Shown here piece by piece: positions 39,128 through 49,629 of a stretch of DNA of 64,000 bases. The notes under the pieces were generated by a model that did not search any database, had not been told where the DNA came from, and saw only the letters and a program-made list of their open reading frames with translations. The position numbers and the translations under genes are program-made. The DNA is taken from the IMG/VR virus record IMGVR_UViG_3300013121_000037, positions 32,001-96,000 of that record, one strand, 5' to 3'. Within the stretch, counting starts at the first letter, position 1; every line of letters starts with the position of its first letter. Source of the DNA: a virus. Lineage: Duplodnaviria > Caudoviricetes.

Positions 39128-40834
39128 TCAGGAAAACTCTTCCCACAAAAACTCTTTGGCGGAGTCGTAATTGAACTTTTTGGGGTCCTGCCCCCGGGCG
39201 AGCAAACGGCGGGCCTGGTCCAGTGTGCAGCGCTCCGACTTGTACTGGTTGAGCACCGCACCGGCCTGGCGTTTGGTATAGTTCATGGCCGTCGCTTCCT
39301 GCACCCCGAATGCCTGCAAAAAGCGTATCTGTTTGGCAGAGGCAGGTGTGCGACCTTTGGGCCGGGGCGGTTGGTAACCGTCATCGAAAGCATAACCACC
39401 GAGAGCATCCTGAAGGTAGGAAGTGACCTCGATTTGCTCCAGCACTGCCCGCCGTTTGCCCAGCAGGATGTCCGTTTGCTGCCGCCATAAATCTTCCCGG
39501 GCATGTTCCAGCACCTCTTCCAGGTCCAGTTCCGGATGCTGGTTCTGCCATTCGCGCGCCAGTGGCAGGATGGGGTCGTCCGGTTCGCGGTCCAGCAAAA
39601 TATCAGTCAGGTCGCAGGTCAGGGTGGTGTCCTGCACCCCGCCAAAATTCAGTACCAGACAATCCGGTTTCGCACTTTGGGCAATCAACCTTTTCCGCTC
39701 CGCCGCCGACTGCGCCGCATGCAGTGCTGGCACCAGAGAACCAAGCGGACGCAGGCCCCGTCCAACCATTTGAATTGCGCGGCCCTTGAACCTGGTTGGG
39801 CGGCAAATGGCGACACAGGCCACGGTGGTTTCGTCAAAGCCTTCAATCAAGAGGTCGCAGGAGCAAAGGAATTGCACGTCGCCCCGGGCAAAGCGCGAAA
39901 ACTCGTACTCAATCTCCAGGTCGCTCAGCGTTTTTCCGGTGGAGTCCTTGCGGTACACCGCCGTGGCACAGCGGGGTTTCAAATCGTGCAACAACTGCAC
40001 CAACCCAGCCTGCCATGTGCCCGTCTGCTCATCCTGATAACCAGTGCAGGAGTTCACCGTGGGCAGAAAGACAATGGTTGGCCTGTTGCCCGCCCGCTCC
40101 ACCAGTCCCTTGGCGATTTCATAAAGAACCTCGTGGCGGTTGTATTCGGCAGCCAGTTGCTCATTGGACCAGTCACCATCGCGATTGACCCGCAACCGGC
40201 TCAAATCGACCTTGCTGCACACCACCCGCTCCTGCACCGGCGGCACCAGCCAGCCATCCGTCAGCGCCGATGGTTCGGTGGCCGACCAGAGCGGATACTG
40301 GTAGGCGATGCTCTGAAAAACGTAGTCGTCGCCAACCAGACCCACTCTGTCTCCGCGGAATGGTGTGGCGGTGAGTCCCAGTATCTTGCAATTGGGATTC
40401 TGGCCAAAGTGTTCAAAGACCCTGTTCCAGGTCTTGTTGCTGCGCACGGCCCGATGACACTCATCCGTGATAATCAGACCAAACTCTTCCGGTTTGAACT
40501 TCCACAATCGCTCTTCATGCAAGGAGTCTTTGGAACAGCAAAATACCTTGCGGCCATACATATCACCCACCGAAGCCCGCAAGGAACCAATCTCGAACAC
40601 GGGCGATTCCCCCGTGACACTGGTCAGTTTTGCACCCGCCTGATCCAGCAATTTCTTGCGGTGAGCAATGAACGCCACCTTGCCATAAGGCCAGTCATGG
40701 GCAATCTCCGACGCGATGACAGTTTTGCCACCTCCGGTGGGCACAATTAGTACGGTGCTGCGCCGGTCCCGCTCGATGAGTTCGCGGAATACGCTGGCAT
40801 AGGAATCACGCTGGTAACCGTCGCGCAGGGCCAT
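39128..40834 (-). CDS. Superfamily 2 DEAD/DEAH-box helicase
   Basis: PTGGGKT, DECH, TAT, QMVGRGLR. Confidence 0.9.
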   Translation of the reverse strand: MALRDGYQRDSYASVFRELIERDRRSTVLIVPTGGGKTVIASEIAHDWPYGKVAFIAHRKKLLDQAGAKLTSVTGESPVFEIGSLRASVGDMYGRKVFCCSKDSLHEERLWKFKPEEFGLIITDECHRAVRSNKTWNRVFEHFGQNPNCKILGLTATPFRGDRVGLVGDDYVFQSIAYQYPLWSATEPSALTDGWLVPPVQERVVCSKVDLSRLRVNRDGDWSNEQLAAEYNRHEVLYEIAKGLVERAGNRPTIVFLPTVNSCTGYQDEQTGTWQAGLVQLLHDLKPRCATAVYRKDSTGKTLSDLEIEYEFSRFARGDVQFLCSCDLLIEGFDETTVACVAICRPTRFKGRAIQMVGRGLRPLGSLVPALHAAQSAAERKRLIAQSAKPDCLVLNFGGVQDTTLTCDLTDILLDREPDDPILPLAREWQNQHPELDLEEVLEHAREDLWRQQTDILLGKRRAVLEQIEVTSYLQDALGGYAFDDGYQPPRPKGRTPASAKQIRFLQAFGVQEATAMNYTKRQAGAVLNQYKSERCTLDQARRLLARGQDPKKFNYDSAKEFLWEEFS

Positions 40835-40904
40835 GTTGCCACCACCATCAAAACCTGGGTTTGCCGAGTTCCACCAGACGATCCAGGTAGAATTTCGCCT
40901 TTTC

Positions 40905-42236
40905 TTGACACTCCACATGCCTAAAGGCAGGGGATTCTCGGTTCGACACCCGTTGCCAGCGCGTACGCTGGTCTGACACAGGCTCCCCGAGCATTTGCTT
41001 TGTCCGCGTGTCCCGCGGCCAACAGACGTAGACCTTCGTCCCGGATATTCCGGGCGGCATTGAGATCGCGGTCATGAACGACGCCACAACAGCATATCCA
41101 TTCCCGATCCGCCAATGTCAGCGCGTCGTTTTTCACGCCGCACACATGGCACAGCCTGGTCGAAGGGAAGAAGCGGTCGATGGTGACGTGATGCTTGCGC
41201 TGCCAGACGGTTTTATAGGCCAGTTGGCGCACAAACTCGCCACACGCCGCGTCCAGAAAACTCTTAGCCAGCTTGGTTCTCGCAAGGCCGCGAAGATTCA
41301 GGGACTCGACACACACGCCATCAAACCGCTTCACGATTGTCGCACTGAGTTTATGAAGAAAATCCTGCCGCTGGTCGGCAGTCTGTTGATGGATACGGGC
41401 CACGCGCTGGCTGGCCTTGCGCTGGCGGTTGCTGCCTTTTTTGCAACGGGAGAAACGACGCTGGGCGCGGGCGAGTTTCCGTTCTTGCTTGCGGAAGAAC
41501 TGCGGGGCAACTTTGCTCTCGCCAGTGGAGAGCATGACGAAGTTGTGCAAACCCAGGTCGATGCCTACGACGCTGGCAGGATCAGGCATGAGCAGAGGTG
41601 TGTCGGGCATCGTGAATACGACAACCAGCGTGACAAACCACTGACCGCTCGCGTTCCGCTTAAATGTCGCGCTCTTGGTTTCGCCTTCGATGAGTTGGGA
41701 CTGACGGATGCGCACCCAGCCAACTTTGGGAACGTAGACCTTGCCATCGGCCACCTTGACCCGTTGGGGAATGCGGAAACGTGGCGAGTCTTTTTTCTTG
41801 GCCTTGAAGCGGGGAAACTTGCCGCGTTTCTCGAAGAAATTGACGAAGGCACGGTCCAGATCCTTGAGGGTTTGCTGCAAGGCTTGCGAATCAGTTTCGC
41901 GCAGCCATTCCATTCCTGGTTTGTGCTTCAGTTCAGTCAACTCGGCGGAAAGCAGCGCAGCAGGCATCGACTTGCCAGTCTCAGCGTAGTATGCCTTGCG
42001 GCGAGCGAGTGCCCAGTTCCAAACGAACCGACGGTCCGAAGCCATTCGCATCAACGCTTGACCTTGCAGGAATGTCGGACGCATTCGGAATCGATAGCTT
42101 CTCTGGAGAACAGTCATGGGTCAAACGCTCTTTTGGTTTTCGATGGCCGATTAGTTCGAGTTTTTGAGCAGTTTCATAAGCGTACGACCCTTCATCCCCA
42201 TGAATAAATTCAGGGACTTTCTGGCCATACTGCACG
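40905..42236 (-). mobile_element. IS200/IS605-family tnpB-only element
   Basis: Inserted 3' of TTAC (42237-42240); right end finishes TCAA; AAAG and GAAT guide tetramers precede the end hairpins. Confidence 0.9.
40921..42117 (-). CDS. tnpB: RNA-guided endonuclease TnpB
   Basis: N-terminal HTH RSYRFRMRPT; GIDLG, CVESL, HDRDLNAA. Confidence 0.93.
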   Translation of the reverse strand: MTVLQRSYRFRMRPTFLQGQALMRMASDRRFVWNWALARRKAYYAETGKSMPAALLSAELTELKHKPGMEWLRETDSQALQQTLKDLDRAFVNFFEKRGKFPRFKAKKKDSPRFRIPQRVKVADGKVYVPKVGWVRIRQSQLIEGETKSATFKRNASGQWFVTLVVVFTMPDTPLLMPDPASVVGIDLGLHNFVMLSTGESKVAPQFFRKQERKLARAQRRFSRCKKGSNRQRKASQRVARIHQQTADQRQDFLHKLSATIVKRFDGVCVESLNLRGLARTKLAKSFLDAACGEFVRQLAYKTVWQRKHHVTIDRFFPSTRLCHVCGVKNDALTLADREWICCCGVVHDRDLNAARNIRDEGLRLLAAGHADKANARGACVRPAYALATGVEPRIPCL

Positions 42237-42409
42237 GTAATCCTGCTGTTCAGAACCCTTGTGCCGTGCCCGCCACAGATACTTCAGCACCTGCCAGCGC
42301 AGGAAGTCTGCGTACCCCACGGGTCCCAGTGCCGCCGCAATGGCGTCAATGCACTCCACACCACCCTGGCAGTAATGCGGTGGATGGTTCACCAGATCCG
42401 GTTGCTGAC

Positions 42410-42976
42410 TCATTGTTTCAGTTCCTCGTACTGACGCAAAAATTCCCGTTTCGCCCGTGCGGCTGGCCACGGTTCCAGTGGTTCCGGCAAGGGGGTGACA
42501 CCGTCGATCCATTTATGCCACTCCTGTTGCAGCGGAGCCAGGAACTGCCGCGCCTCGCTGGCCAGCAGAATGTTGTCCGCCAACTCGATCTGCCGCCACC
42601 CCTCTGCATCAGGACGGGGCACACCCAGAGCGGTGAAGATGACCCGCAACAAACGGTATTCCACCACGCTGAAATGGATGTAGTTGCCCCCCACCTGGAA
42701 ATAGGTGTCGCGTTTGACTGGCCGCGATACATCCCCCAACCCGTACTCGGCGGCATCGTGCAGCAGGGCCGCCAATCGCCAGCGGTCGGGCACCAGTTGC
42801 GCCACCAGCACCGAATGCTGCGCCACCGAGAAACCCACCTGGGCATGCCCGGTGTAGCGGTTGATATGTGCCAGGGCATGGGCAATATCCTCCAGACGAA
42901 TCTCCTCGGGCACCGGGTCCAGCGGATACAACTTGCCCCCGCTCGCGGTTTGAATCCAGTCACCATGCCGTTGCAT
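42410..42976 (-). CDS. HD-domain phosphohydrolase (YfbR-like)
   Basis: DIAHAL..RYTGH, SVAQHS, LLHDAAE. Confidence 0.85.
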   Translation of the reverse strand: MQRHGDWIQTASGGKLYPLDPVPEEIRLEDIAHALAHINRYTGHAQVGFSVAQHSVLVAQLVPDRWRLAALLHDAAEYGLGDVSRPVKRDTYFQVGGNYIHFSVVEYRLLRVIFTALGVPRPDAEGWRQIELADNILLASEARQFLAPLQQEWHKWIDGVTPLPEPLEPWPAARAKREFLRQYEELKQ

Positions 42977-43022
42977 GCTTTCCTCCTCACTGCGCAAAAT
43001 GTAACTGTCTAGTTTTGCCCAC

Positions 43023-43904
43023 CTACTCGGCCATGAAGTCGAGCAGACTGGCTTCGCGGGTGGAGAATTGTTCCTGGGCCTGGGTCAGGTTTTTCCTGGC
43101 CGCGACCACATACTCATCCTTGAGTTCAATGCCCAGAAAGCGCCGACCGCATTCCAGTGCCACCCACCCCTCACTGCCAATGCCCGCGAATGGCGAGAAC
43201 ACCACCTCACCCGGATTCGTGTACAGCAGGACCAGTCGGCGGATAGTTCCGAGTTGAAGCGGGCAGATATGTTTGGTGTCGTTCTCGCCCTTGGTGCCGC
43301 GGACGTTGAGGGTGTCTGTCTCGCGGATGTTGAACCAGGCCCCTTCTGCCCACTCAATCCAGTCGTTGCGCGACACCTCATCCGTGGAGTCCACTGGCAC
43401 CGCATTGTCACCATCCGCCCGGAACTTGATGAGGTAGTCGCAGAGCGTACCCCGCGATTTCGCCCGATCCGCTTCCAGTCCCGCAAATTGCAGTTCCCGA
43501 CTCTTGGTCCGCAGCGCCTGGCTCTGTGGATTGCGGCGCACCAGCCAGTCGTATTCGTAGATAAGTCCTGCCCGTTCTCCCAGGCGGATGTTCAGACCGC
43601 GAAAGTCGTGCAAACCCCGCTCACCACAGCGTTTCATCCGCGGTATTTGCACCACATGCACCATCGCCACTCGCCCCGGTTTCAGCACTCGCGCCAGGGC
43701 GGCATAGAAGTAACTCAGGTGCAAGCGCCCCTCATGCGCCAGGTCTTCACTGTTACCAAGATCCATTTGCGATGAAGAATAGGCGTAAACCGATGGAAAA
43801 GGTGGACTGAAGATGGCGCAATCGAAGCTGGCGGGTGCCAGGTCCGCCATGACTTCAATGCAGTCGCCCTGAATCAGGCGCCACGGCTTACCATTGTCCA
43901 GCAT
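43023..43904 (-). CDS. N4/N6 DNA methyltransferase (beta class)
   Basis: FSPPF catalytic motif; HICP; SPFAGIGS. Confidence 0.88.
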   Translation of the reverse strand: MLDNGKPWRLIQGDCIEVMADLAPASFDCAIFSPPFPSVYAYSSSQMDLGNSEDLAHEGRLHLSYFYAALARVLKPGRVAMVHVVQIPRMKRCGERGLHDFRGLNIRLGERAGLIYEYDWLVRRNPQSQALRTKSRELQFAGLEADRAKSRGTLCDYLIKFRADGDNAVPVDSTDEVSRNDWIEWAEGAWFNIRETDTLNVRGTKGENDTKHICPLQLGTIRRLVLLYTNPGEVVFSPFAGIGSEGWVALECGRRFLGIELKDEYVVAARKNLTQAQEQFSTREASLLDFMAE

Positions 43905-45387
43905 GTTGAAATCCCTTGAATAAGCGTTCCTGTTCCTCGGTGTCCTGCTGCACCCGGTTGGCCTTGCGCAGCACGTTTTCCATCTGCGGTCGTTCCAGTT
44001 CGGTCACTGGCAAATGGACGTTCAGCGGCAGGGTGGAACCAATCCGGTTGCTGCGCTTCACGCACTGGTGAAACTGCTCGTAAGAATCTTCGCAAGAGGA
44101 GAAAACCTGCCGGGTAGCAATCTGCAAGTTCAGTCCAAACCCCAGCACTTTGGGCTTGCTAATCAGCACTTTACGCTGTCCTGACTGAAACTCTGCCAGC
44201 AACTCTTCACGCTGTTCATAGGGTGTGTCCCCGGCAATGCTGGCAGCACCGGGAAACCAGCGTTCCAGTTCATCCTGCTCGGCATTGAACCGGCACCAGA
44301 TGATGGTCGATTCGCTGGGCCAGGAATCCACAAGATCGCGAATGAATTGCGGTTTGTTGGTCGCAATCTTTGTGCCGTTGTGATTGCCCTTCGCTATCTG
44401 GGATAACTTACCTCTGCTGGTGATGCCGCCCAGCGCTCCGACAAACAGTTCACCCGTCTGCTGGTAGGTGGCGGCCTCCTGCGCACTGGTCAGGGGCACG
44501 TCATGTATATGAACATGGATGGGTGGAATGCTGCTGGTGTTATCTTGCCAGCCATAGGTTGCTGGATTGGTCAGGAAGATGCACCAGTGGGACAGGTCGC
44601 GATAGAACGAACCCAGCGCGTGTGGTTTGAGTTCCCAGCGGTTATCGGTCTGGCCCCGGTTGACAAAATACTTCGCCAGGAAGGCGTTCACCGTGGGAAA
44701 GGCGTCTAGAAAGACTGCATGATTGGCGTACTCAATCCGGTCATTGGGTGCCGGTGTGCCCGTGCCAGTCAGTTTCCACTCCAGACCACGCCCCAACCGA
44801 ATCAATTCCGTGCCCCATTTGCCGTAGTGACTCTTGAGATAACTCGACTCATCAAGCACCAGACAACCCAGTAAACCCGGTTCCAGTTCTTCCGTGATGG
44901 CTTCGTAGTTGGTGATGCCGACCACAGCAGGATCACCGTGTTGGCCCAGAAGCCAGTTCCGCAGATTCCTGGCCTTCACCTGCGCGATGGGCAGAGTGTC
45001 ACCATAGAACCGCTGGCACTCCTGTATGGTCTGCCGAACCACCATCAAGGGCGATACTAGCAAAATCCGCTTCTGTGCGGGTAATATCTGCCGAACGTGT
45101 TTGATATATTCGAAGTAGCAAATTGTTTTTCCGTACCCGCACTCCATGAACAGGTCAAACTTCCGCTTGCGAATGGCCAGTGCAGTGATGTCCCGCTGGT
45201 AGTCGAACAGGAACGGCGACGGTTGGTAGGTGACCTGTGCTGGCGTGGGCAGTTGCAGTCCGAGATGGGCAGCGTACTCGTCGGGAAAGATGGCCTCATC
45301 GCCCACGAACTGCACCGCAGGCAACGCCTTGACCTTGAGGAACAACCGATAACTGTCCAGACTGTGACCATCAAACCATACCCGCAT
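43888..45387 (-). CDS. SNF2-like helicase
   Basis: CGYGKT, LDESS, TGTP, GFGLNLQ, QCVKRSNRIG. Confidence 0.85.
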   Translation of the reverse strand: MRVWFDGHSLDSYRLFLKVKALPAVQFVGDEAIFPDEYAAHLGLQLPTPAQVTYQPSPFLFDYQRDITALAIRKRKFDLFMECGYGKTICYFEYIKHVRQILPAQKRILLVSPLMVVRQTIQECQRFYGDTLPIAQVKARNLRNWLLGQHGDPAVVGITNYEAITEELEPGLLGCLVLDESSYLKSHYGKWGTELIRLGRGLEWKLTGTGTPAPNDRIEYANHAVFLDAFPTVNAFLAKYFVNRGQTDNRWELKPHALGSFYRDLSHWCIFLTNPATYGWQDNTSSIPPIHVHIHDVPLTSAQEAATYQQTGELFVGALGGITSRGKLSQIAKGNHNGTKIATNKPQFIRDLVDSWPSESTIIWCRFNAEQDELERWFPGAASIAGDTPYEQREELLAEFQSGQRKVLISKPKVLGFGLNLQIATRQVFSSCEDSYEQFHQCVKRSNRIGSTLPLNVHLPVTELERPQMENVLRKANRVQQDTEEQERLFKGFQHAGQW

Positions 45388-45463
45388 GGACGCACCATCT
45401 CCGCTGCTGCGCAAAATGTAACTGTCTACTTTTGCCCAGTTGGTATCTGCTGAAAAACGCTGG

Positions 45464-46381
45464 TCAGGCAAACAAACTGAGTTCTGGTTGGTTCAGACAG
45501 TGCGGACTGAACCAGATGCGTTCGCGCTTGCTGTTCTCTCTGCCGTCAGTACCGTTGCCCTGCACTCCATAACCGCCTCTGGCCTTCCACGCGACCACCT
45601 CCCAACCGTGATGCTCCAGTTCTTCATGGCATTCCCCCGCATAACCGCACAGGGCAATCCGTAGACGCCTGTCGCTGCCATGTTCCAGGCACCACTGCCG
45701 CACGTCAGCGGCGACGTTAATTTCGACGGCGTACAGGTTGGCGTCACGCTCTGTCTGCGTGTAGGGCGGATCGAGGAACACGCCCGTCAACCCCTGCTTG
45801 ACCGTGGGCGTGGGGCCGCAAACCCTGGACCAATCGCCACAGCAGACCCGCACCTGCCGCAAGCGTTCGGCCAGCAGGCGAAAGTAGCCGTGCAGATCGG
45901 TTTCGCTGCCACGATGCACACCCATGCCCGCGTCCCCCAGATGGGGGAGTTTCTTGCGCTCGGGATGCTTACACCAACCAGAACCAATCCACTGGCCGAT
46001 ACCCCACACCCACCAGCCCGCGATCTTGGCGTCGTACCAGTCGGGGTCTTCACGCAACCGCTCCACCTGCTGGCGTCCGGTATTGGTCAGCCACAGGTGT
46101 CGGGCATGCAGATCGAGTTCCGAAACCGGCCAGTCGGCATGTTGCGCCACCTCGTTCGGGTCAGCATGTAACGCACGCCAGAAATTGCAGACCAGTCCGT
46201 CAGCGTCGTTAATCGTTTCGATGCGCGTTTCTCGAAACGGGTAGTGCGGGCGATTGAGCAGCACCGCACCCGAACCGAAGAACGGTTCAACGTAGTTGGC
46301 GACATCGCCCAACCTCTCCCAGATCAGGTCTGCCACGGTCGCTTTTCCACCAAAATAGGGGTAGGGTGCTCGAAGTTTCAT
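45464..46381 (-). CDS. Dam-like adenine methyltransferase
   Basis: YPYFGGK, YVEPFFGSG, NDAD, LDPPY. Confidence 0.88.
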   Translation of the reverse strand: MKLRAPYPYFGGKATVADLIWERLGDVANYVEPFFGSGAVLLNRPHYPFRETRIETINDADGLVCNFWRALHADPNEVAQHADWPVSELDLHARHLWLTNTGRQQVERLREDPDWYDAKIAGWWVWGIGQWIGSGWCKHPERKKLPHLGDAGMGVHRGSETDLHGYFRLLAERLRQVRVCCGDWSRVCGPTPTVKQGLTGVFLDPPYTQTERDANLYAVEINVAADVRQWCLEHGSDRRLRIALCGYAGECHEELEHHGWEVVAWKARGGYGVQGNGTDGRENSKRERIWFSPHCLNQPELSLFA

Positions 46382-47490
46382 GAGCGATTGGTGGCCTGGT
46401 GGTAGGCTTTTTCGTGGAGCCAACCACGCCCATTGAGGGAACCAACTCCCAGGCGGCAGGTGGTGCAACATTTGTTCCGCACCAGTCCGGTTCCTGTGCA
46501 TTCCGGACAGACCGCGTAGGGCTTGATATGCTTCAAATTCTGGAAGATCCTCTGTGACTCGTGAACCTGTTCCTGCAACTTCGGTTCGTTCAGCACGGTC
46601 AATTCGTTGAAAATGGCCGTCAGTTGCTTCGCCAACTGCGCGGCCTGTTCAATCTTCTCCCGGGTCGCAAAAACCTCATGCAACTCCAGCGGAACCACAA
46701 AATTGAGTTCATCATGCACCACTGGCGCCACGACTGGTTCATCGCCCGTGGGCAGGGCATCGAATTCCTTCTTGACCGTGCGCACCGTGTTGCGTGAACA
46801 GCCGATCTTCTCGGCAATGTGGGTCAGGTTCGGCTCCTCGTCGCCACAGGCCGCCAGTTCCTGCAGGATGGCCTGCCGCTGCACCTCCCGATCCGCTGGC
46901 GAGGTGTGCTTGTCCCCCCGCCGCCGCGTCGGGGTCACGATGATCGGTGTATCCGCCTGCCCATTGCTGCTGGTGGGCGTGGTTTGGTCAGGACGTGGTT
47001 GGAGCAGTGTTTTCTGGACAACCTGGCCAGTCTTGCGCCGCTCGATGGCCTTGTCGGCATAGAAGCGGGTACAACCGGCGCGGGCCATCAGGGCCGCGGA
47101 GTTGAGGTCCGGCCAGCGGGCCAGCACCTTGTCAACCAGGGCATGCCAGTCAGTGGGGGTGTGCTTGCGCCCGTGCTGGTTGTGGGCGTTAATCGCCAGG
47201 CACATCTGCAGCGATTCATCCACCGAACTGGTAAACACCTCCTTGAGGGGCAAATCTTCCGGGTTCAGTTCCAGTTCCTGCCACAGCAGAAGGCGATTGA
47301 TGCCGTCAATCACAATGCCGCGCTGGTCGTGAATGATGGGTTTTTCAAACCCGTCCGCCAGCACGCTTTCACGCATGTCCTCCTTCTCCTCCGACGTCCA
47401 AAGACGAAAGAACCCGGCAAAATCGAGTAACAGATCCCGATCCCCCACCAGAATGCTGGCCGGGGTTGTTGTCACTGCGGCAGTCGTCAT
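46378..47490 (-). CDS. ParB-like N-terminal domain protein with HTH and C-terminal Cys cluster
   Basis: PII..VIDGINRL; HTH IAEKIGCSRNTV. Confidence 0.65.
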   Translation of the reverse strand: MTTAAVTTTPASILVGDRDLLLDFAGFFRLWTSEEKEDMRESVLADGFEKPIIHDQRGIVIDGINRLLLWQELELNPEDLPLKEVFTSSVDESLQMCLAINAHNQHGRKHTPTDWHALVDKVLARWPDLNSAALMARAGCTRFYADKAIERRKTGQVVQKTLLQPRPDQTTPTSSNGQADTPIIVTPTRRRGDKHTSPADREVQRQAILQELAACGDEEPNLTHIAEKIGCSRNTVRTVKKEFDALPTGDEPVVAPVVHDELNFVVPLELHEVFATREKIEQAAQLAKQLTAIFNELTVLNEPKLQEQVHESQRIFQNLKHIKPYAVCPECTGTGLVRNKCCTTCRLGVGSLNGRGWLHEKAYHQATNRS

Positions 47491-47519
47491 GAGTGTCAAT
47501 CCTTGCAACGGGTAATAAA

Positions 47520-48485
47520 TCAGGTGCGGATGGTTCGTGCCGCATCCTCGGTTTTCTTCGCGTTCTCCTCGCTGGCCCAGACAAACTTGCCAATGGTTTC
47601 CAGCGCCAGTTGTACCGTTTTCGTGTCCCAGTCCTTGACTGGACGTTTTTCGTTGCAACGGTCCTGGGCCAGCGTCGTGATAAGGCGAATCAGTTCTCCC
47701 GCCTTGGCCAGCGGCACAGGCCGATTCTTGGTCGGCGTGGCCAGATACTGGTCATACCAGGGCAAGAATTCCGCGAAGGTGGCTCCAGAATGGGGCCGCA
47801 GTGGCGAGCCTTCCTGGGTGATGGCAGTCTCCACCTCTCCATAGCGGTCGGCAGGAATTTCCAGCAACCGCTGCACGCCAAAGACGCGAGTCAGCGCTGC
47901 CATCGTTACCCCGTTGGCCAACATCAGTTTCCACAACTCCATCGCCTGATCCGCATTGATAACTTTGGGCGCTGGCGGTTCTGCTGCTGGACTGGGTTGG
48001 TGATTGCCAGTGTTACCACTCTGAGCGGGCAACGCCCATGCGGGCAGTTTCGGTGTGCTGGTAAACCGCTTCTTCTGCGGGTCATAGTCCACCCACTGGT
48101 GCGGCAAGCGGTACAGGTAGCGTCCCAGACCAAACTTGATGGCAACCCGTTTGAGTGAGTCGGAAAAAGCTGCCTTGAGCCGGTCCCCCTCGTCGGGTTG
48201 TTCGCTGGGGGAACCCACATCCTGCTTGGTGATCCAGACACCGTTAATGCAAATGGACAACCGGCAAACCACACTACCTTCCGGCAATGGTTTGTACCGA
48301 TCACACCACCCCTCCACACCCAGCACATCGTCCAGGCGGTCCTCTATCACGCGGGCGTCCACATACGCGACGGCCAAAGCCCGGTTGCCGTTGGTGGCCT
48401 GCGGTTTCCATTTGATCTCGCTGGGGTCAAATGGTGCCGCCAATGCTTCCTGAATCGCACGCGCCGACAATGGTTGCTCACTCAT
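47520..48485 (-). CDS. Rad52/Rad22-family single-strand annealing protein
   Basis: YVDARVIEDRLDDVLG, AFSDSLKRVAIKFGLGRYLY. Confidence 0.88.
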   Translation of the reverse strand: MSEQPLSARAIQEALAAPFDPSEIKWKPQATNGNRALAVAYVDARVIEDRLDDVLGVEGWCDRYKPLPEGSVVCRLSICINGVWITKQDVGSPSEQPDEGDRLKAAFSDSLKRVAIKFGLGRYLYRLPHQWVDYDPQKKRFTSTPKLPAWALPAQSGNTGNHQPSPAAEPPAPKVINADQAMELWKLMLANGVTMAALTRVFGVQRLLEIPADRYGEVETAITQEGSPLRPHSGATFAEFLPWYDQYLATPTKNRPVPLAKAGELIRLITTLAQDRCNEKRPVKDWDTKTVQLALETIGKFVWASEENAKKTEDAARTIRT

Positions 48486-49105
48486 GTGTACCTCACCCTG
48501 TTTAGCAAACCAGTCACTGCGCAAAAGTAGACTGTCGAGTTTTGCGCACCTGACCCTGTTCCAGTTGCAGACCGTGGAACAAACCGCGTTTGCAACATTC
48601 GTTCCAGACAGCGTCATAATCCGGGCGCACCCGTGGATTACGCTTCACTTCAATTGCCATCTCTTCCAGATGCTCGAATAGTTGCTCGTTATCGAGTATT
48701 TGCAAATCCATCACGAAAGGTCGGGAGGCACATCGCGGTCGTCCCATAATGGTTGTCCTTCCTGCTGTCTGGCAATTAACACTGCCAATCTCTGAATACT
48801 GCCCGGCAAGGCGCTGGTAGGTCCGCTACCTGACTGACCAGAAAGTTCCCAGGCCAGATCAGCACGGAGCAGCGCCGAGTCCGCGGCGCTCTGGCCACTG
48901 GCCCGCAAACGCAACGCAATTAAACACGCCTTGCACTTTTTCTCCCGGGACTGACGCGGCAACTCCGCGCCACAGCGGTCACAGTGCCGCCGTGGTGGTG
49001 GGATGGGTCGGCCATAACGGCAGCGCCGGCAGGTGCCGCCCGTCTTCTCCTGCACCCGCACCTGGCACTGCACACAGCGCGGTTGAGTTACCACGGTCTG
49101 CGTCA

Positions 49106-49459
49106 TCAGCGCTGCTCCAGTTCTGCTGCCACCGCATCCCGTAACTTTGGCACGGCCACCACCCGCTCGGCGTAATCCCAGAAGTCCAGAAAACATCGCA
49201 GGTCCGGGTGCTCATCCAGGTAGGCAGCGAACAACCGTTCGCCCTCGGCCACGGACCCCTCCAGACCACCGTTGAGGCAATAGGCCACCGGGCAGCAATG
49301 CGTGGCCAAGTGGCCCCAGTACGCCTTGAATGGCGGTGGTGATACTGTGGCACCCTGCAAAATGTGTTCGGAGTCGTTGTCCAGTTCACGCAGCAAACTC
49401 TGGAGCACTTGGGTGCTGGTCTGCTGCATCACCTGCTGCCAGGAGTTTTTCCAGGTCAT
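49106..49459 (-). CDS. Hypothetical protein
   Basis: Coupled ORF; ILQGATVSPPP, FLDFWD. Confidence 0.55.
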   Translation of the reverse strand: MTWKNSWQQVMQQTSTQVLQSLLRELDNDSEHILQGATVSPPPFKAYWGHLATHCCPVAYCLNGGLEGSVAEGERLFAAYLDEHPDLRCFLDFWDYAERVVAVPKLRDAVAAELEQR

Positions 49460-49629
49460 TGCTTGTCCCCCAGCAACTCCTGCCGCAGGATCACCACCTC
49501 GGGCGGCGCCGTGACACCCAACCGCACCTTGTCCCGGTAAATGTCCACCACCTTGATTTCCACCAACTTGCCATCGGATAACTGGATGACAATTCCCTCA
49601 CCACCCAGCTTGCGTGAAAGTACCAGCAT
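49456..49629 (-). CDS. csrA: Carbon storage regulator CsrA-family RNA-binding protein (57 aa, below the ORF-track cutoff)
   Basis: MLVLSRKLGEGIVI..IKVVDIYRDKVRLGVTAPPEVVILRQEL; RBS ggagg. Confidence 0.85.
   Translation of the reverse strand: MLVLSRKLGGEGIVIQLSDGKLVEIKVVDIYRDKVRLGVTAPPEVVILRQELLGDKQ

Larger units (their letters stand above)
40848..42413 (-). pseudogene. DUF3310 (T7 gp1.7-like) gene interrupted by an IS605-type element
   Basis: VNHPPHY..KYLWRA..QDY before the IS and EKAKFYLDRL after it; the halves join in frame. Confidence 0.85.

Noticed and set aside
40835-40918. Helicase N-terminal extension in the ORF track
   Set aside because: Overlaps the IS end and the DUF3310 3' fragment.
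39503-42207. Long + strand ORFs (39503..40750, 41074..42207; likewise 10279..11454)
   Set aside because: Antisense shadows of clear minus-strand genes in GC-rich DNA.
40905-42236. IStron (group I intron plus IS)
   Set aside because: Only ~120 nt lie between the left end and tnpB, too short for a group I intron.
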